Source: Pseudomonadota bacterium
GTDB taxonomy: Bacteria; Pseudomonadota; Alphaproteobacteria; Rhodobacterales; Rhodobacteraceae
Assembly (NCBI GenBank): GCA_038528605.1
Contig: JBCBEP010000001.1
Span: 25,202-89,201 of the forward strand
Direction: 5' to 3'
DNA: 64,000 nt
Part shown: piece after piece, positions 18,315 to 28,864 of the stretch
Layout of the letters: every line of letters starts with the position of its first letter
How positions within the stretch are numbered: position 1 is the stretch's first letter
The notes under the pieces: generated by a model
Seen by the model: the letters and a program-made list of their open reading frames with translations, nothing else
What the model was told of the DNA's origin: nothing
Databases searched by the model: none
Position numbers and translations under genes: made by a program

Positions 18315-20056
18315 CCGGGCAGTTCCACCGTGAAGCGCGCGCCATCGGGCGGCACATCAGCATCGACACCCTCTGGCCGGACATTCTCTGCCCAGATGCG
18401 CCCCGAATGCGCCTCCACGATCTGGCGGCAGATGGAGAGGCCGAGGCCCGAATGGTTGCCGAAGCTCTGCTCGGGCCGCTCGGAGTAAAAACGCTCGAAG
18501 ATGGTGCTAAGATTGTCCTCCGGAATGCCCGGACCACCGTCCGTAACCGTCACGCGCACCCCGCCCTCCAGCCTCTCGCCGACCACACGCAGCGTGCTGC
18601 CCTCCGGCGAGAAGGAGAGCGCGTTGTCGAGGAGATTGGCGAAGACCTGTGCCAGCCGCCCTTCGAGCCCGCGTGCAAACAGCCCCTCGGGTGGTAGTTC
18701 GAGCGCCACGCCAACGCCCAGCTTCTCTCCCTGCGCCTCGGTCACGCTGGTCAGACGGTCGAGCAGCGCGCCGAGATCGAACGCCTCCATACGTTCGCGC
18801 ACGAGTTCCGCGTCGAGCCGCGACGCGTTGGAGATATCTGTCACCAGCCGGTCCAGCCGTTTCACGTCCGACATGATCACGTCGAGCAGCTTCTGCCGCT
18901 GCTCTGGCGTCTTGGCGTAGTCGAAGGTCTCGATGGCGGAGCGCATCGAGGTGAGCGGGTTCTTGATCTCGTGCGCCACATCGGCCGCAAAGCTCTCGAT
19001 GGCCTCGATCCGGCGGTAGAGCGCTTCGGTCATGCGGATGATGGCGGCGGAAAGGTCGCCGATCTCGTCGGTCCGGCGCGTCATGTCCGGCACCTCGACG
19101 CGCTCCGGGTTGAGCGGGCGGGCGGCGGAGGTGCCGGCAGGGTCCACGGCGCGGGCAAGTCGCCGGATCGGGCTCGCGATGGTGTTGGCGAGCAGGACCG
19201 ACAGGCCGACGGAGACGAGGGCTGCGATGACGAAGATCTGCAGGATCCCGACCCGCTCGCGTTCCACGACGTCGTTGATGTCGTCGCCCTCGGTGGAGAG
19301 GAGGAGCACGCCGATCACGGTCTTGAACCGGCGCACGGGGATGGCGACGGAGACGATGAGGTTGCGTTCGGAGTTGATGTTGACCGCATTGGCGATGCGG
19401 CCGAGCGCGGCCTCGCGTGCCGCCGGCGGTAGGCTTTCTCCCCGATCCGGCACTTCGGAATATACCGCATCGGCGCGGTTGCCATCGTTCGGCAGAATGA
19501 GCTGGTCGTAGATGCCCTCGAGCCGGTCGATCACCCCGGGCCTGCTGCCGGCACCGGGAGGCGGCAGGTCAGTGACGTCGATCGGACCGCCGCCAGAGGC
19601 ATCCTGCCGCGTATCCGTCACGAGCGCGAGATTGGTGTCGTAGAGGCGCGCGCGCGTCCGCGTCGGCTGTGCGAGCCGGTTGAGGATGACAGAGGCCAGT
19701 TCATGGTTGAGCTCTGGGCGCTCGAGGGCGGAGGCCGGCATTTCTTCGCCATAGTCCCCGGCACTTTCCGCGATGGTGAAGGCGATGATCTGGCCTTCGA
19801 TCGCGAGGCTGCGCACCCGCTGTTCGATCAGCCCGGTGCGGAACTGATTGAGGTAGAGAACGCCGAAGACGAGGACCGCGAGGCCGAGCAGATTGAAGAA
19901 AATGATCCGGCGCTGAAGCGAAGAGAAGGGCGCCGAGCGGCGGAGCCCCATGAGGATCCGCTCGCGCGCCGAGGCAGGGCGTGGCCGCGGGTCGAGGCTG
20001 AAGAGATCAGCCCCCCGCATGATCGCCGCTGCGCGAGACATGGTCTCGTTACTCAA
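18311..20056 (-). CDS. chvG: Sensor histidine kinase ChvG/ExoS
   Basis: Two transmembrane segments with a periplasmic domain and a HAMP domain. [11 protein letters not shown]-box. HATPase N/G boxes (NLLDNA, DGGPGI, GLGLSI). Confidence 0.92.
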   Translation of the reverse strand: MSNETMSRAAAIMRGADLFSLDPRPRPASARERILMGLRRSAPFSSLQRRIIFFNLLGLAVLVFGVLYLNQFRTGLIEQRVRSLAIEGQIIAFTIAESAGDYGEEMPASALERPELNHELASVILNRLAQPTRTRARLYDTNLALVTDTRQDASGGGPIDVTDLPPPGAGSRPGVIDRLEGIYDQLILPNDGNRADAVYSEVPDRGESLPPAAREAALGRIANAVNINSERNLIVSVAIPVRRFKTVIGVLLLSTEGDDINDVVERERVGILQIFVIAALVSVGLSVLLANTIASPIRRLARAVDPAGTSAARPLNPERVEVPDMTRRTDEIGDLSAAIIRMTEALYRRIEAIESFAADVAHEIKNPLTSMRSAIETFDYAKTPEQRQKLLDVIMSDVKRLDRLVTDISNASRLDAELVRERMEAFDLGALLDRLTSVTEAQGEKLGVGVALELPPEGLFARGLEGRLAQVFANLLDNALSFSPEGSTLRVVGERLEGGVRVTVTDGGPGIPEDNLSTIFERFYSERPEQSFGNHSGLGLSICRQIVEAHSGRIWAENVRPEGVDADVPPDGARFTVELPG

Positions 20057-20754
20057 GCTTCCTTGTACCTGTACCCGACGCCGTAGAGCGTCTCGATCGA
20101 GTTGAAGCTATCGTCGACGTCTCTGAACTTCTTGCGAATACGCTTGATATGGCTGTCGATCGTCCGGTCGTCCACATAGACCTGATCGTCGTAGGCAGCA
20201 TCCATCAGCTGGTCGCGGCTCTTCACGAAGCCGGGGCGCTGCGCGAGGGCGTGGAGGATCAGGAACTCCGTTACAGTGAGCGTCACCGGGAGCCCCTCCC
20301 AGGTGCTCGAATGGCGCATGGGGTCCATCTCCAGCCGGCCGCGCCGCAGCACCTTGTCGGTCTCCGCGCGCTCCGCCGAGGCTTCCGGCAACGCTTCCCG
20401 GCGGCGCAGGACGGCGCGAATGCGCTCGACCAGCAGGCGCTGGGAGAAGGGTTTGCGCACGTAGTCGTCCGCCCCCATGCGCAGGCCGATGACCTCGTCG
20501 ATCTCCTCGTCCTTTGAGGTCAGGAAGATTACCGGAAGTTCGCTTTTCAGGCGCAGGCGCCGGAGCAGTTCCATGCCGTCCATCCGCGGCATCTTGATGT
20601 CGAGGATGGCCAGATCCGGCGGGGTCTGTGTGAGCGCGGTAAGCGCGCTTGCACCGTCATTATATGTCTTAACTTCGTAACCCTCCGCCTCGAGCACCAT
20701 CGAGACGGAGGTGAGAATGTTGCGGTCGTCATCGACCAGAGCGATCGTGGCCAT
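20053..20754 (-). CDS. chvI: Response regulator ChvI (OmpR family)
   Basis: Receiver domain (ALVDDD...[10 protein letters not shown]) and a winged-helix C-terminus. Start at MATIALV with a GAGGGAGAGG Shine-Dalgarno. Confidence 0.92.
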   Translation of the reverse strand: MATIALVDDDRNILTSVSMVLEAEGYEVKTYNDGASALTALTQTPPDLAILDIKMPRMDGMELLRRLRLKSELPVIFLTSKDEEIDEVIGLRMGADDYVRKPFSQRLLVERIRAVLRRREALPEASAERAETDKVLRRGRLEMDPMRHSSTWEGLPVTLTVTEFLILHALAQRPGFVKSRDQLMDAAYDDQVYVDDRTIDSHIKRIRKKFRDVDDSFNSIETLYGVGYRYKEA

Positions 20755-20950
20755 GCCTCTCCCTCGATCCGCGCCATTGCCTGCGCAGGCCGGGCGGCCG
20801 GGCGAAGCTGCGCTATTCTGCCGAGAGAACACCATCGTAGCGGCAGCGACAAGGCCATGCGGTGACGCAAGTTGGGCTGTTCTGCATACTTTATCGGCAG
20901 GGTGGCCGCGCCGAAACACGCCATGCGGCCATGTGACCGTGCGGAAATGG

Positions 20951-20964
20951 AACGGAATTCCGTT
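20951..20964. promoter_or_regulatory. Perfect 14-bp palindrome AACGGAATTCCGTT in the chvI-pckA intergenic region
   Basis: Seen in the sequence. Candidate dimeric transcription-factor site, about 200 nt upstream of pckA. Confidence 0.3.
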
Positions 20965-21014
20965 GGAAGCCGCGCTCGGGCTGGACGGGCCGTTGCAGAT
21001 TGGCATACATCCGC

Positions 21015-21048
21015 GCCGCAACGCCCGTGCAGCATTGGGCGTTGCGGC
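21015..21048 (+). promoter_or_regulatory. 12-bp-stem / 10-nt-loop hairpin (GCCGCAACGCCC...GGGCGTTGCGGC) about 110 nt upstream of pckA
   Basis: Seen in the sequence. Position fits a 5'-UTR structure or the end of a small RNA. Confidence 0.35.
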
Positions 21049-21160
21049 TTAGCGACAGCGACTGCGGTGGCGGTGTGGCGTCGGCTGGCGCGGACGACTG
21101 CTGGTGGGAGCGATGGGCCCCGCCGCCCCCTTGATATTCGGAAGATGGAGGATGGACGTG

Positions 21161-22765
21161 ATGCAGACCGGTACGGTGAACCCGGCGGCCCGGCTCGAGG
21201 ACATGGGGCTCGAGGGGCTCGGTCACGTCTATTACAACCTCACCGATGCGGGGCTGATGGAAGCGGCCGTGGCGCGAGGCGAAGGCAAGATCGGTCAGGG
21301 CGGCACCCTGCTGGTCGAGACGGGCAAGCACACCGGTCGCAGCCCGAAGGACAAGTTCGTGGTCCGCGAGCCATCGGTCGAGGCGGATGTCTGGTGGGAG
21401 AACAACAAGCCGATGGCGCCCGAGCATTTCGAGGCGCTCTACCAGGACATGATCGCCCACATGAAGGGCCGCGACTACTTTGTGCAGGACCTCTATGCGG
21501 GTGCGGACCCGGCGCACCGGTTGAATGTGCGGCTGATCAATGAGCTCGCCTGGCACAACCTCTTCATCCGCCACCTGCTCCGCCGGCCGGAGCGCACCGA
21601 ACTGGGGTCCTTCACGCCGGAGTTCACGGTGATCAACTGCCCGGGGTTCAAGGCGGATCCCGCGCGCCACGGGTGCCGGAGCGAGACCGTGATCGCGGTC
21701 AGCTTCGAACGGCGCATGATCCTGGTGGGCGACACGTCCTATGCTGGCGAGAACAAGAAGGGCATCTTCTCGGTCCTCAACTTCATCCTGCCGGGCAAGG
21801 GCGTGATGCCGATGCACTGCTCCGCCAACCATGCGGTGGGCGATGAGAGCGACGCTGCGGTCTTCTTCGGGCTTTCCGGCACGGGCAAGACGACGCTTTC
21901 GGCGGATCCGGAGCGCGTGCTGCTGGGCGATGACGAGCATGGCTGGACCGATACGGGCATCTTCAATTTCGAGGGTGGCTGCTACGCCAAGACCATAAGC
22001 CTGAGCGTCGAGGCGGAGCCGGAGATCTTCGCGACGACCTCCAAGTTCGCCACCGTGATCGAGAACATGGTCTACGACCCGGAGACGCGGGCGCTGGACT
22101 TCGAGGACGACAGCCTGACGGCGAACATGCGCTGCGCCTACCCGCTCCACTACATCTCCAACGCCTCGCCCACAGGTCTCGCGGGCATCCCCAAGAACAT
22201 CGTGATGCTGACCTGCGATGCCTTCGGCGTGATGCCGCCGATCGCGCGGCTGACGCCGGCGCAGGCGATGTATCACTTCCTGTCGGGGTTCACGGCGAAG
22301 GTGGCGGGCACGGAGAAGGGGCTCGACACGGCGGAGCCGACCTTCTCGACCTGCTTCGGCGCGCCCTTCATGACCCGTCGACCGGAGGTTTACGGTGCGC
22401 TGCTGCGCGACAAGATCGCGACGCATGGCAGCACCTGCTGGCTCGTGAACACGGGCTGGACCGGTGGCGCTTACGGCACGGGCAGCCGGATGCCGATCAA
22501 GGCGACGCGCGCGCTGCTGACCGCAGCGCTCGACGGCAGCCTGGCCGGGGTGAGTTTCCGGACCGATCCGAATTTCGGCTTCGATGTGCCGGTCTCGGTG
22601 CCGGGGGTCGACGACGGGCTGCTCGATCCGCGGTCGACCTGGAGCGACCCTGCGGCCTACGACGCGCAGGCGGCGAAGCTGGTGGCCATGTTCGCGGAGA
22701 ATTTTGCGCAGTACGAGGCCCATGTGTCGGACGACGTGAAGGCCTGCGCCCTGAAGGCTGCCTGA
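21161..22765 (+). CDS. pckA: Phosphoenolpyruvate carboxykinase (ATP)
   Basis: Kinase-1a (GLSGTGKTT), and KFVVREPS motifs. GGAGG lies 9 nt upstream of the ATG. Divergent from chvI, as in Rhizobiales. Confidence 0.95.
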   Translation: MQTGTVNPAARLEDMGLEGLGHVYYNLTDAGLMEAAVARGEGKIGQGGTLLVETGKHTGRSPKDKFVVREPSVEADVWWENNKPMAPEHFEALYQDMIAHMKGRDYFVQDLYAGADPAHRLNVRLINELAWHNLFIRHLLRRPERTELGSFTPEFTVINCPGFKADPARHGCRSETVIAVSFERRMILVGDTSYAGENKKGIFSVLNFILPGKGVMPMHCSANHAVGDESDAAVFFGLSGTGKTTLSADPERVLLGDDEHGWTDTGIFNFEGGCYAKTISLSVEAEPEIFATTSKFATVIENMVYDPETRALDFEDDSLTANMRCAYPLHYISNASPTGLAGIPKNIVMLTCDAFGVMPPIARLTPAQAMYHFLSGFTAKVAGTEKGLDTAEPTFSTCFGAPFMTRRPEVYGALLRDKIATHGSTCWLVNTGWTGGAYGTGSRMPIKATRALLTAALDGSLAGVSFRTDPNFGFDVPVSVPGVDDGLLDPRSTWSDPAAYDAQAAKLVAMFAENFAQYEAHVSDDVKACALKAA

Positions 22766-22818
22766 CCCCGGCCCGCTCGGGCGTCTCCCAGGGCTCCAAA
22801 GGCGAAGCAAGCGGCGAC

Positions 22819-22847
22819 CTGCCCCTGTGGGGCAGCTCACTTTGTTT
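22819..22847 (+). terminator. Putative pckA terminator (CTGCCCC-TGT-GGGGCAG followed by TTTGTTT)
   Basis: 7-bp stem plus a T-rich tail, 55 nt after the stop. Confidence 0.5.
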
Positions 22848-22919
22848 GGATGCCCTTGGCGGGCCTGACGCGGCGCGGCGGGCTTGACAGGGGTGCTGTC
22901 GCGCGCGACGGGCGAGGCC

Positions 22920-24530
22920 ATGGGACAGCGATATGCGATGGCGGCGGGGCATCCGCTGACGCTGGAGGCCGGCGCTGAGGTGTTGGCGGCCGGGGGCACG
23001 GCCGTGGACGCGGTGATCGCCGGGGCCTTCATGGCGATGGTGGCGGAGCCGGTGCTCGCGGGTCTTCTCGGCGGCGGTTTCCTGATGCGGCGGACGCCGG
23101 AGGGCAAGGTCCGGTTTCTCGACATGTTCGTGGATACGCCCGGCCGCGCATGCGGGGCGGGTGAGGCTGATCTGCGGGCCGTGACGGCCGATTTCGGGGG
23201 CGTGACGCAGGGCTTTCACATCGGTGCGGCGACCATCGCCGTGCCGGGCCTCGCGCAGGGTTTCGCGGAGGCGCATGCCGCTTCTGGCCGGTTGCCGATG
23301 GCGGAGCTTCTGCAACCCGCGATGCGGGCGGCGCGGGAGGGCGTGGTCCTGACCGCATTTCAGGCGCGGCTCGGGCAGATCGTGGCGCCGATCATCGGCG
23401 GGAGCCCGGAGGCCGCAGCGTTGAATTGCGACGCCCACGGTGCGCCGCTCGGCGAAGGGGCGCTGCGGCGAAACCCGGCTTTTGCGGATGTGCTGGAGGT
23501 GATGGCACATGAGGGGCCTGATTTTGTCTCGCGCGGCGAGGTCGCGCAGGGCTTGCTGTCGCTAGCCGCCGAGGGGGGGCATCTCAGGCAGGAGGACCTG
23601 GCGCGATGGCGGGCTGTTGCGCGGGCGCCGCTGGAGGCCCGGCGGGGGACGGTGACCCTGGCGCTCAATCCGCCGCCCGCGCTCGGCGGTGCGCTTGTGG
23701 CATTTCCGCTCGCCCTGGCGGCACCCGAGCCGGCGCCGGCGGAGGTGATGCGCGCCTTCGCGCTGACGGCTGAGGCACGGAGAGAGAGCGGCATCGATGA
23801 GGATGGCGCCGCCGGCGCGGCCTGGCTCGGCGCGGAGGCGCAGGCGGTTCGGTTCAGGCGTGCACTCTCGGCGCTGTCGGCGGGGCCCGCTGCGTCGCGG
23901 CGGGGGACCACGCATCTCTCGGCGATCGATGCGGATGGTGGGGCTGCAGCGCTGACGCTCTCGAACGGTGAGGGCTGCGGGCTCATCGTACCCGGTACGG
24001 GCATCATGCCGAACAACATGCTGGGCGAGGAAGATCTGGTGCCGGGGCTGGCGCAGGGCAGGCCCTTCGACTGGGCGCCGGCGACGCGGCTCGCTTCGAT
24101 GATGGCGCCGCTGACGGCGAGTGGGCCCGATGGCAGGTTTTGGGTGCTTGGCTCTGGCGGATCCAACCGGATCCGTACGGCTCTGGCTCAGGTTCTGTTG
24201 CGGCTCGTGGACCATGGGGAGGGGCTTGCGGAAGCGGTATCCGCACCGAGGCTTCATGTGGAAGGGCTTGGTGCCGAGGTGGTGCTGGATTACGAGCGGC
24301 CCGGTCTTGGCGAGGGCGAGGAGGCTGCGCTGCAGGATGCCTGGGCCGCATTAAAGGGCAGGGCGGCGCCGGACCCGGAGGACGCCGCGGGCTGGGCTGC
24401 GCTGGGTCTGCGGGCCTGGGAGGCGCCTTCGATGTTCTTCGGCGGCGTGCATGGGGTGATGCGGGAGGCGCGCGGTGGGTTGCAGGCAGCGGGCGATCCG
24501 CGGCGGGCCGGGGTGGCGTGCGCTGCGTGA
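22920..24530 (+). CDS. ggt: Gamma-glutamyltransferase family protein (Ntn hydrolase)
   Basis: Nucleophile motif GTTHLSAID and GGSNRI. Start at MGQRYAMAAGHPLT. Confidence 0.85.
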   Translation: MGQRYAMAAGHPLTLEAGAEVLAAGGTAVDAVIAGAFMAMVAEPVLAGLLGGGFLMRRTPEGKVRFLDMFVDTPGRACGAGEADLRAVTADFGGVTQGFHIGAATIAVPGLAQGFAEAHAASGRLPMAELLQPAMRAAREGVVLTAFQARLGQIVAPIIGGSPEAAALNCDAHGAPLGEGALRRNPAFADVLEVMAHEGPDFVSRGEVAQGLLSLAAEGGHLRQEDLARWRAVARAPLEARRGTVTLALNPPPALGGALVAFPLALAAPEPAPAEVMRAFALTAEARRESGIDEDGAAGAAWLGAEAQAVRFRRALSALSAGPAASRRGTTHLSAIDADGGAAALTLSNGEGCGLIVPGTGIMPNNMLGEEDLVPGLAQGRPFDWAPATRLASMMAPLTASGPDGRFWVLGSGGSNRIRTALAQVLLRLVDHGEGLAEAVSAPRLHVEGLGAEVVLDYERPGLGEGEEAALQDAWAALKGRAAPDPEDAAGWAALGLRAWEAPSMFFGGVHGVMREARGGLQAAGDPRRAGVACAA

Positions 24531-24578
24531 TGGGGGCGGGCTGACGGACGCCCCGTGCCGCCGCTGCGCGGCGCCGCC

Positions 24579-24600
24579 GGCCCGCCCGCCAGCCGCGCCC
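24579..24600. repeat. GC-rich 22-mer GGCCCGCCCGCCAGCCGCGCCC, copy 1. Identical copy at 49823..49844 and a diverged copy at 34822..34846.
   Basis: Exact 22-nt match within the window. All three copies lie 35-75 nt downstream of plus-strand genes. Confidence 0.6.
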
Positions 24601-24822
24601 GCAAGCCGCGCCCGGCATTGGGTGCATGCGGGCTCCGGCTGCGCTGAGGCCGGCGGTTGCGAAGAATGGCCGCAAGGATGTTTGGCTATCCTTATGTCGC
24701 ACGAAACTATCTTGCGGAGTGGTTGACGGGGGGCGCCGTGAAAGCGTAAGGCCTCCGGCGAAGATGGTGCGGCGCAGCGAGAGCGGGCGCCGGTCTGGAC
24801 GATAGAGATGGTGGAGAGAACG

Positions 24823-26532
24823 ATGGCGGCCGATGGCGACCTCAAGGATCTGGCGACCCCTGCCGCACCGGCGGATTTTTGGCAATCGGCCGGGCTGACA
24901 GGGCAGGTCGCGGAAGCTGGGGTCGCCGCAAAGGCGCTTGCAGCAGCGGCGGCTTCGGGCCTCAAGGAACGGCTCGCCACCGGGGGCCGTGTGTCGGGCA
25001 AGGCGCTGGACGGGGCGCAGGAGGCGACGCACGGCCTCGCCTGGCTCGCGACCTATGCCGAGAGCCTCGTGCAGATGGCGGACTGGGCGTCGCGGCTGGA
25101 GACCGAGGGCCGCTTCGGCGAGATGGAGCGGCTGGTGCTGGCCGTGGGTGCGGGGGAGTACTGCGCGCAGATCCTGGGCGGCATCCCGATGAACCAGGGT
25201 GAGATCGTCCGGCTGGCGGATCTCGGCCTCGGCGCGGAGGCGGTGGTGTCGTTCCGGGTGCCGGCCGTGGAGGCGCTGGTCGCGGGCGGCAACACGCCTG
25301 CCGCCCGGCACCGGCTGGCGGCCTTGATGGCGGAGCGCGAGGGCGTGGCGAGTTTCGGTGACCCGGGCCTCGACGAGGAATACGAGATGATCCGGGAGCA
25401 GTTCCGCCGCTTCTCGGACGACAAGGTCGCACCGCATGCGCATGGCTGGCATCTCGACGACCAGCTCGTGCCCATGGAGATCCTCGAGGAGATGGCCGAG
25501 CTCGGTGTCTTCGGGCTGACGATCCCGGAGGAGCATGGCGGCTTCGGTATGGGCAAGACCGCGATGTGCGTGGTCTCGGAGGAGCTCAGCCGCGGCTATA
25601 TCGGGGTGGGCTCGCTCGGTACGCGGTCGGAGATCGCGGCGGAGCTGATCCTCTGCGGCGGTACGGAGGCGCAGAAGGCGCATTACCTGCCGAAGCTCGC
25701 TTCGGGCGAAATTCTGCCGACAGCGGTGTTCACGGAACCCAACACGGGCTCGGATCTCGGCGCGCTCAAGACGCGGGCGGTGCGCGAGGGGGATGACTGG
25801 GTGATCACGGGCAGCAAGACCTGGATCACCCATGCGGCACGGACGGACCTCATGACCGTGCTGGCGCGGACCGACCCGGGCACCGACAACTATGCGGGGC
25901 TTTCGATGTTCCTGGCGCCCAAGACGCGCGGGGACTGCGAGACGCCCTTCCCGGATGCCACGCTCTCGGGCGGGGAGATCGAGGTGCTCGGCTACCGGGG
26001 CATGAAGGAGTACACGCTGGCGCTGGACGGCCACCGGATTGCGGGCGATGCGCTTCTGGGCGGCGTGGAGGGGCAGGGCTTCAAGCAGCTCATGCAGACC
26101 TTCGAGAGCGCGCGTATTCAGACCGCGGCGCGGGCCGTGGGCGTGGCGCAGAACGCGCTGGATGTGGGGCTCCGTTATGCGCAGGAGCGGGAGGCTTTCG
26201 GGCGGCCGATTGTCGAGTTCGGGCGGGTTGCCTCGAAGCTCGCCGTGATGGCGGCGGAGATCATGATCGCCCGCCAGCTCACCTATTTCTCCGCGCGTGA
26301 GAAGGATGCGGACCGGCGCTGCGACCTCGAGGCGGGGATGGCGAAGCTGCTGGCGGCGCGCGTGGCCTGGGCGGCGGCGGACAACGCGCTGCAGATCCAT
26401 GGTGGCAACGGTTTTGCGCTGGAGTATCCAGTGAGCCGGATCCTTTGCGATGCGCGGATCCTGAACATCTTCGAGGGTGCCGGCGAGATCCAGGCCCAGG
26501 TCATCGCCCGCCGCCTGCTCGAGACCGCCTGA
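24823..26532 (+). CDS. Acyl-CoA dehydrogenase family protein (long form, about 570 aa)
   Basis: ACAD middle and C-terminal domains (WITHAARTD, C-terminal ...QIHGGNGFALEYPVSRILCDARILNIFEGAGEIQ). ATG 24823 has a GGAGAG Shine-Dalgarno. Confidence 0.85.
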   Translation: MAADGDLKDLATPAAPADFWQSAGLTGQVAEAGVAAKALAAAAASGLKERLATGGRVSGKALDGAQEATHGLAWLATYAESLVQMADWASRLETEGRFGEMERLVLAVGAGEYCAQILGGIPMNQGEIVRLADLGLGAEAVVSFRVPAVEALVAGGNTPAARHRLAALMAEREGVASFGDPGLDEEYEMIREQFRRFSDDKVAPHAHGWHLDDQLVPMEILEEMAELGVFGLTIPEEHGGFGMGKTAMCVVSEELSRGYIGVGSLGTRSEIAAELILCGGTEAQKAHYLPKLASGEILPTAVFTEPNTGSDLGALKTRAVREGDDWVITGSKTWITHAARTDLMTVLARTDPGTDNYAGLSMFLAPKTRGDCETPFPDATLSGGEIEVLGYRGMKEYTLALDGHRIAGDALLGGVEGQGFKQLMQTFESARIQTAARAVGVAQNALDVGLRYAQEREAFGRPIVEFGRVASKLAVMAAEIMIARQLTYFSAREKDADRRCDLEAGMAKLLAARVAWAAADNALQIHGGNGFALEYPVSRILCDARILNIFEGAGEIQAQVIARRLLETA

Positions 26533-26552
26533 CCGGGGGGTCGGCGTACCTC

Positions 26553-26580
26553 GTCCCGTGCCCCCTGCGGGGCACGGGAC
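26553..26580. terminator. Bidirectional 12-bp-stem hairpin (GTCCCGTGCCCC-CTGC-GGGGCACGGGAC) between the convergent ACAD and udg genes
   Basis: Perfect stem, seen in the sequence. Confidence 0.65.
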
Positions 26581-26606
26581 GTCGGCCCGCCCACCCCGTG
26601 GGCCCT

Positions 26607-27251
26607 TCAGCTGGGCAGCGCAGCGAAGACAGCTTCGAACATTGCTGGCGTGAGGCGGCCGGTGTTCGTGTTGTAGCGGGAGCAGTGGTAGCTAGGCGCA
26701 AGGGTGAGAGGGCCGTTCGGGCCCGGCGCCGTGCTGAGCGCGCCGTGGCCGAAGGGGTGGTCTTTCAGCCGCTGGCTGAGAGCGCGGAGCGTGCTCTCAT
26801 GAGCGATGCGGCCGAGGGTTACGATGCTGCGGAGCTTCGGGAGGGCCGCGATGCGCGCGGTCAGGAACGGGCGGCAGGCGGCGATCTCGGCGCCGACGGG
26901 CTTGTTCTCCGGCGGTGCGCAGCGCACGGCGTTGGTGATCATCGTGCCCTTGAGGCGGAGGCCGTCGTCGGGCGTCGCGCCATACGCCCCCTCGGCCAGA
27001 TCAAACTTCAGGAGCGTGGCGTAGAGCAGGTCCCCCGCATAGTCGCCCGTGAAGGGGCGGCCTGTGCGGTTGGCACCGCCGCGGCCGGGTGCGAGGCCCA
27101 CAATCAGGAGGTGCGCGTCGGGATCGCCCCAGCTCGGCACCGCGCCGTTGAACCATGCTGGCTCTGCCGCGGCATTGCTTGCCCGATAGGCCACGAGGCG
27201 CGGGCAGAGGGCACAGTCCCGCGCCGGCTCTGCCGTCCGCTCCGTGACCAT
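26607..27251 (-). CDS. Uracil-DNA glycosylase, family 4/5 (UdgB-like)
   Basis: LIVGLAPGRGGANRTGRPFTG motif and 4Fe-4S cysteines (CALCPRL...C...C). Confidence 0.8.
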   Translation of the reverse strand: MVTERTAEPARDCALCPRLVAYRASNAAAEPAWFNGAVPSWGDPDAHLLIVGLAPGRGGANRTGRPFTGDYAGDLLYATLLKFDLAEGAYGATPDDGLRLKGTMITNAVRCAPPENKPVGAEIAACRPFLTARIAALPKLRSIVTLGRIAHESTLRALSQRLKDHPFGHGALSTAPGPNGPLTLAPSYHCSRYNTNTGRLTPAMFEAVFAALPS

Positions 27252-27268
27252 GATGGTGGCCTAGGGGC

Positions 27269-27850
27269 CTATTCGTGCCCGTTCTCTTCCGGTTCAGTGC
27301 GCGGTGCGGGCGCGCGATCCTCGCGCGGCGGCCGGCCGATCACTTCCTTCAGCTCCTCGAGCTCGATGAAATTGTCCGCCTGCCGGCGCAAATCGTCCGC
27401 GATCATCGGCGGGGACGAGCGGATCGTGGAGACGACGCTCACCCGTACGCCCTTGCGCTGCAGCGCGCCGACGAGCGGCCTGAAGTCCCCGTCGCCGGAG
27501 AACAGCACGATGTGCTCGACGTAATTGGCCATCTCCATCGCGTCGATCGCGAGTTCGATGTCCATGTTGCCCTTGACCTTCCGGCGGCCGGTGCTGTCGG
27601 TGAACTCCTTGGCCGGCTTGGTCACGAGGGTGAACCCGTTATAATCGAGCCAGTCCACGAGCGGGCGGATGGGAGAGTATTCTTCGTTCTCGATCAGGGC
27701 AGTGTAGTAGAAAGCCCTGACCATTTTGCCGCGTCGCATGAACTCAGAACGCAAAAGCTTGTAGTCGATGTCGAAGCCAAGCGCCTTGGTGGCGGCGTAA
27801 AGGTTCGATCCGTCGATGAAGAGCGCTAACCGCTCATCCCTGTAAAACAT
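27269..27850 (-). CDS. NYN-domain (LabA/DUF88-like) protein
   Basis: LFIDGSNLY...VLFSGDGDF motifs typical of NYN/LabA. Confidence 0.8.
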   Translation of the reverse strand: MFYRDERLALFIDGSNLYAATKALGFDIDYKLLRSEFMRRGKMVRAFYYTALIENEEYSPIRPLVDWLDYNGFTLVTKPAKEFTDSTGRRKVKGNMDIELAIDAMEMANYVEHIVLFSGDGDFRPLVGALQRKGVRVSVVSTIRSSPPMIADDLRRQADNFIELEELKEVIGRPPREDRAPAPRTEPEENGHE

Positions 27851-27970
27851 GCGCGTCGGGTCCGCTTCGGTTGCGTGATTGTCAGTGGTGGGTCAGATGT
27901 CCCTGTGCACTATGACGCAGGGGTTGTCCATGCCGCATACGTGGAAATCCGTATCCAAGATGTCGGTTCA

Positions 27971-28585
27971 ATGACGAAATTGTCTCCCATCGGCACAGAT
28001 TCGCCCACAGGTTGCGCGAAACCATACGCTCTGATCGCGCTTGGCGCGAATCTTCCGAGTGAAGGCCATTCCCCTGCGCAAACGCTTGAGGCAGCGCTTG
28101 CGGCGTTGGAGCGCGACGGATTTCGTTCTGTGAGCCGGAGCCGCTGGTATCGAAGTGCGGCGTATCCGCCGGGGTCCGGCCCGGATTTCGTGAATGGCGC
28201 GGCGCGGCTGACCTGCCCGGATGGCGCGACGCCGGAGACGGTTCTGGCCGCTCTGCACCGCGTGGAACGCAGCCTCGGGCGGGAGCGGCGAGAGCGCTGG
28301 GCACCGCGCGTCTGCGATCTCGATCTCATCGCCATGGGAAGCGCGTTGCTGCCGGACCGGGAGACGCTTGAGCGCTGGATGGCGATCCCGCCCGAAGAGG
28401 CGCGGCGCGCGCTTCCCCCGACGCTGCTGCTGCCGCATCCGCGCCTGCAGGAGCGCGCCTTCGTGCTCGCCCCCCTCGCCGAGATTGCGGGCGACTGGCG
28501 TCACCCGCTTACGGGCCTCTCCGTCGCGGAGATGCTGAGCACGCTGCCGGCGCAGGCGCTCGAGGGGCTCGCTCCCTTGGAATGA
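27971..28585 (+). CDS. folK: 2-amino-4-hydroxy-6-hydroxymethyldihydropteridine pyrophosphokinase
   Basis: YALIALGANL N-terminal motif, RWAPRVCDLDLI, and ERAFVLAPLAEIA. Start uncertain because the Shine-Dalgarno is weak. Confidence 0.8.
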   Translation: MTKLSPIGTDSPTGCAKPYALIALGANLPSEGHSPAQTLEAALAALERDGFRSVSRSRWYRSAAYPPGSGPDFVNGAARLTCPDGATPETVLAALHRVERSLGRERRERWAPRVCDLDLIAMGSALLPDRETLERWMAIPPEEARRALPPTLLLPHPRLQERAFVLAPLAEIAGDWRHPLTGLSVAEMLSTLPAQALEGLAPLE

Positions 28586-28864
28586 TCCGTAGGTCGAACG
28601 CTCGGGTGGTCTCGTCTCCGGGAGCGTTGGTGGCGCCGAAGTGAGCGTGCCAGCGGATACGTGGCAGACTGATGGGCCAGACAAGGGCGAACGTTCTGGG
28701 CGGGACGCAGCACATCGGGAGAGCGGCCGCCTGGCTGCGGGGTGGCGGGCGAAAGCGCCTTTCGCCGTGGAACACGCCGCGCACATGCTTGCGCCGCATG
28801 TCCCTTGCATCCCGCGCCGTTACGCGGCATAGAGCTGCTTCTCGCAAATTGGAGGAGCGTGCCC

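Noticed and set aside
24004-26400. 798-aa minus-strand ORF
   Set aside because: Antisense to the well-supported ggt and acyl-CoA dehydrogenase genes. Arg/Pro/Ala-rich low-complexity translation typical of antisense frames in high-GC DNA.
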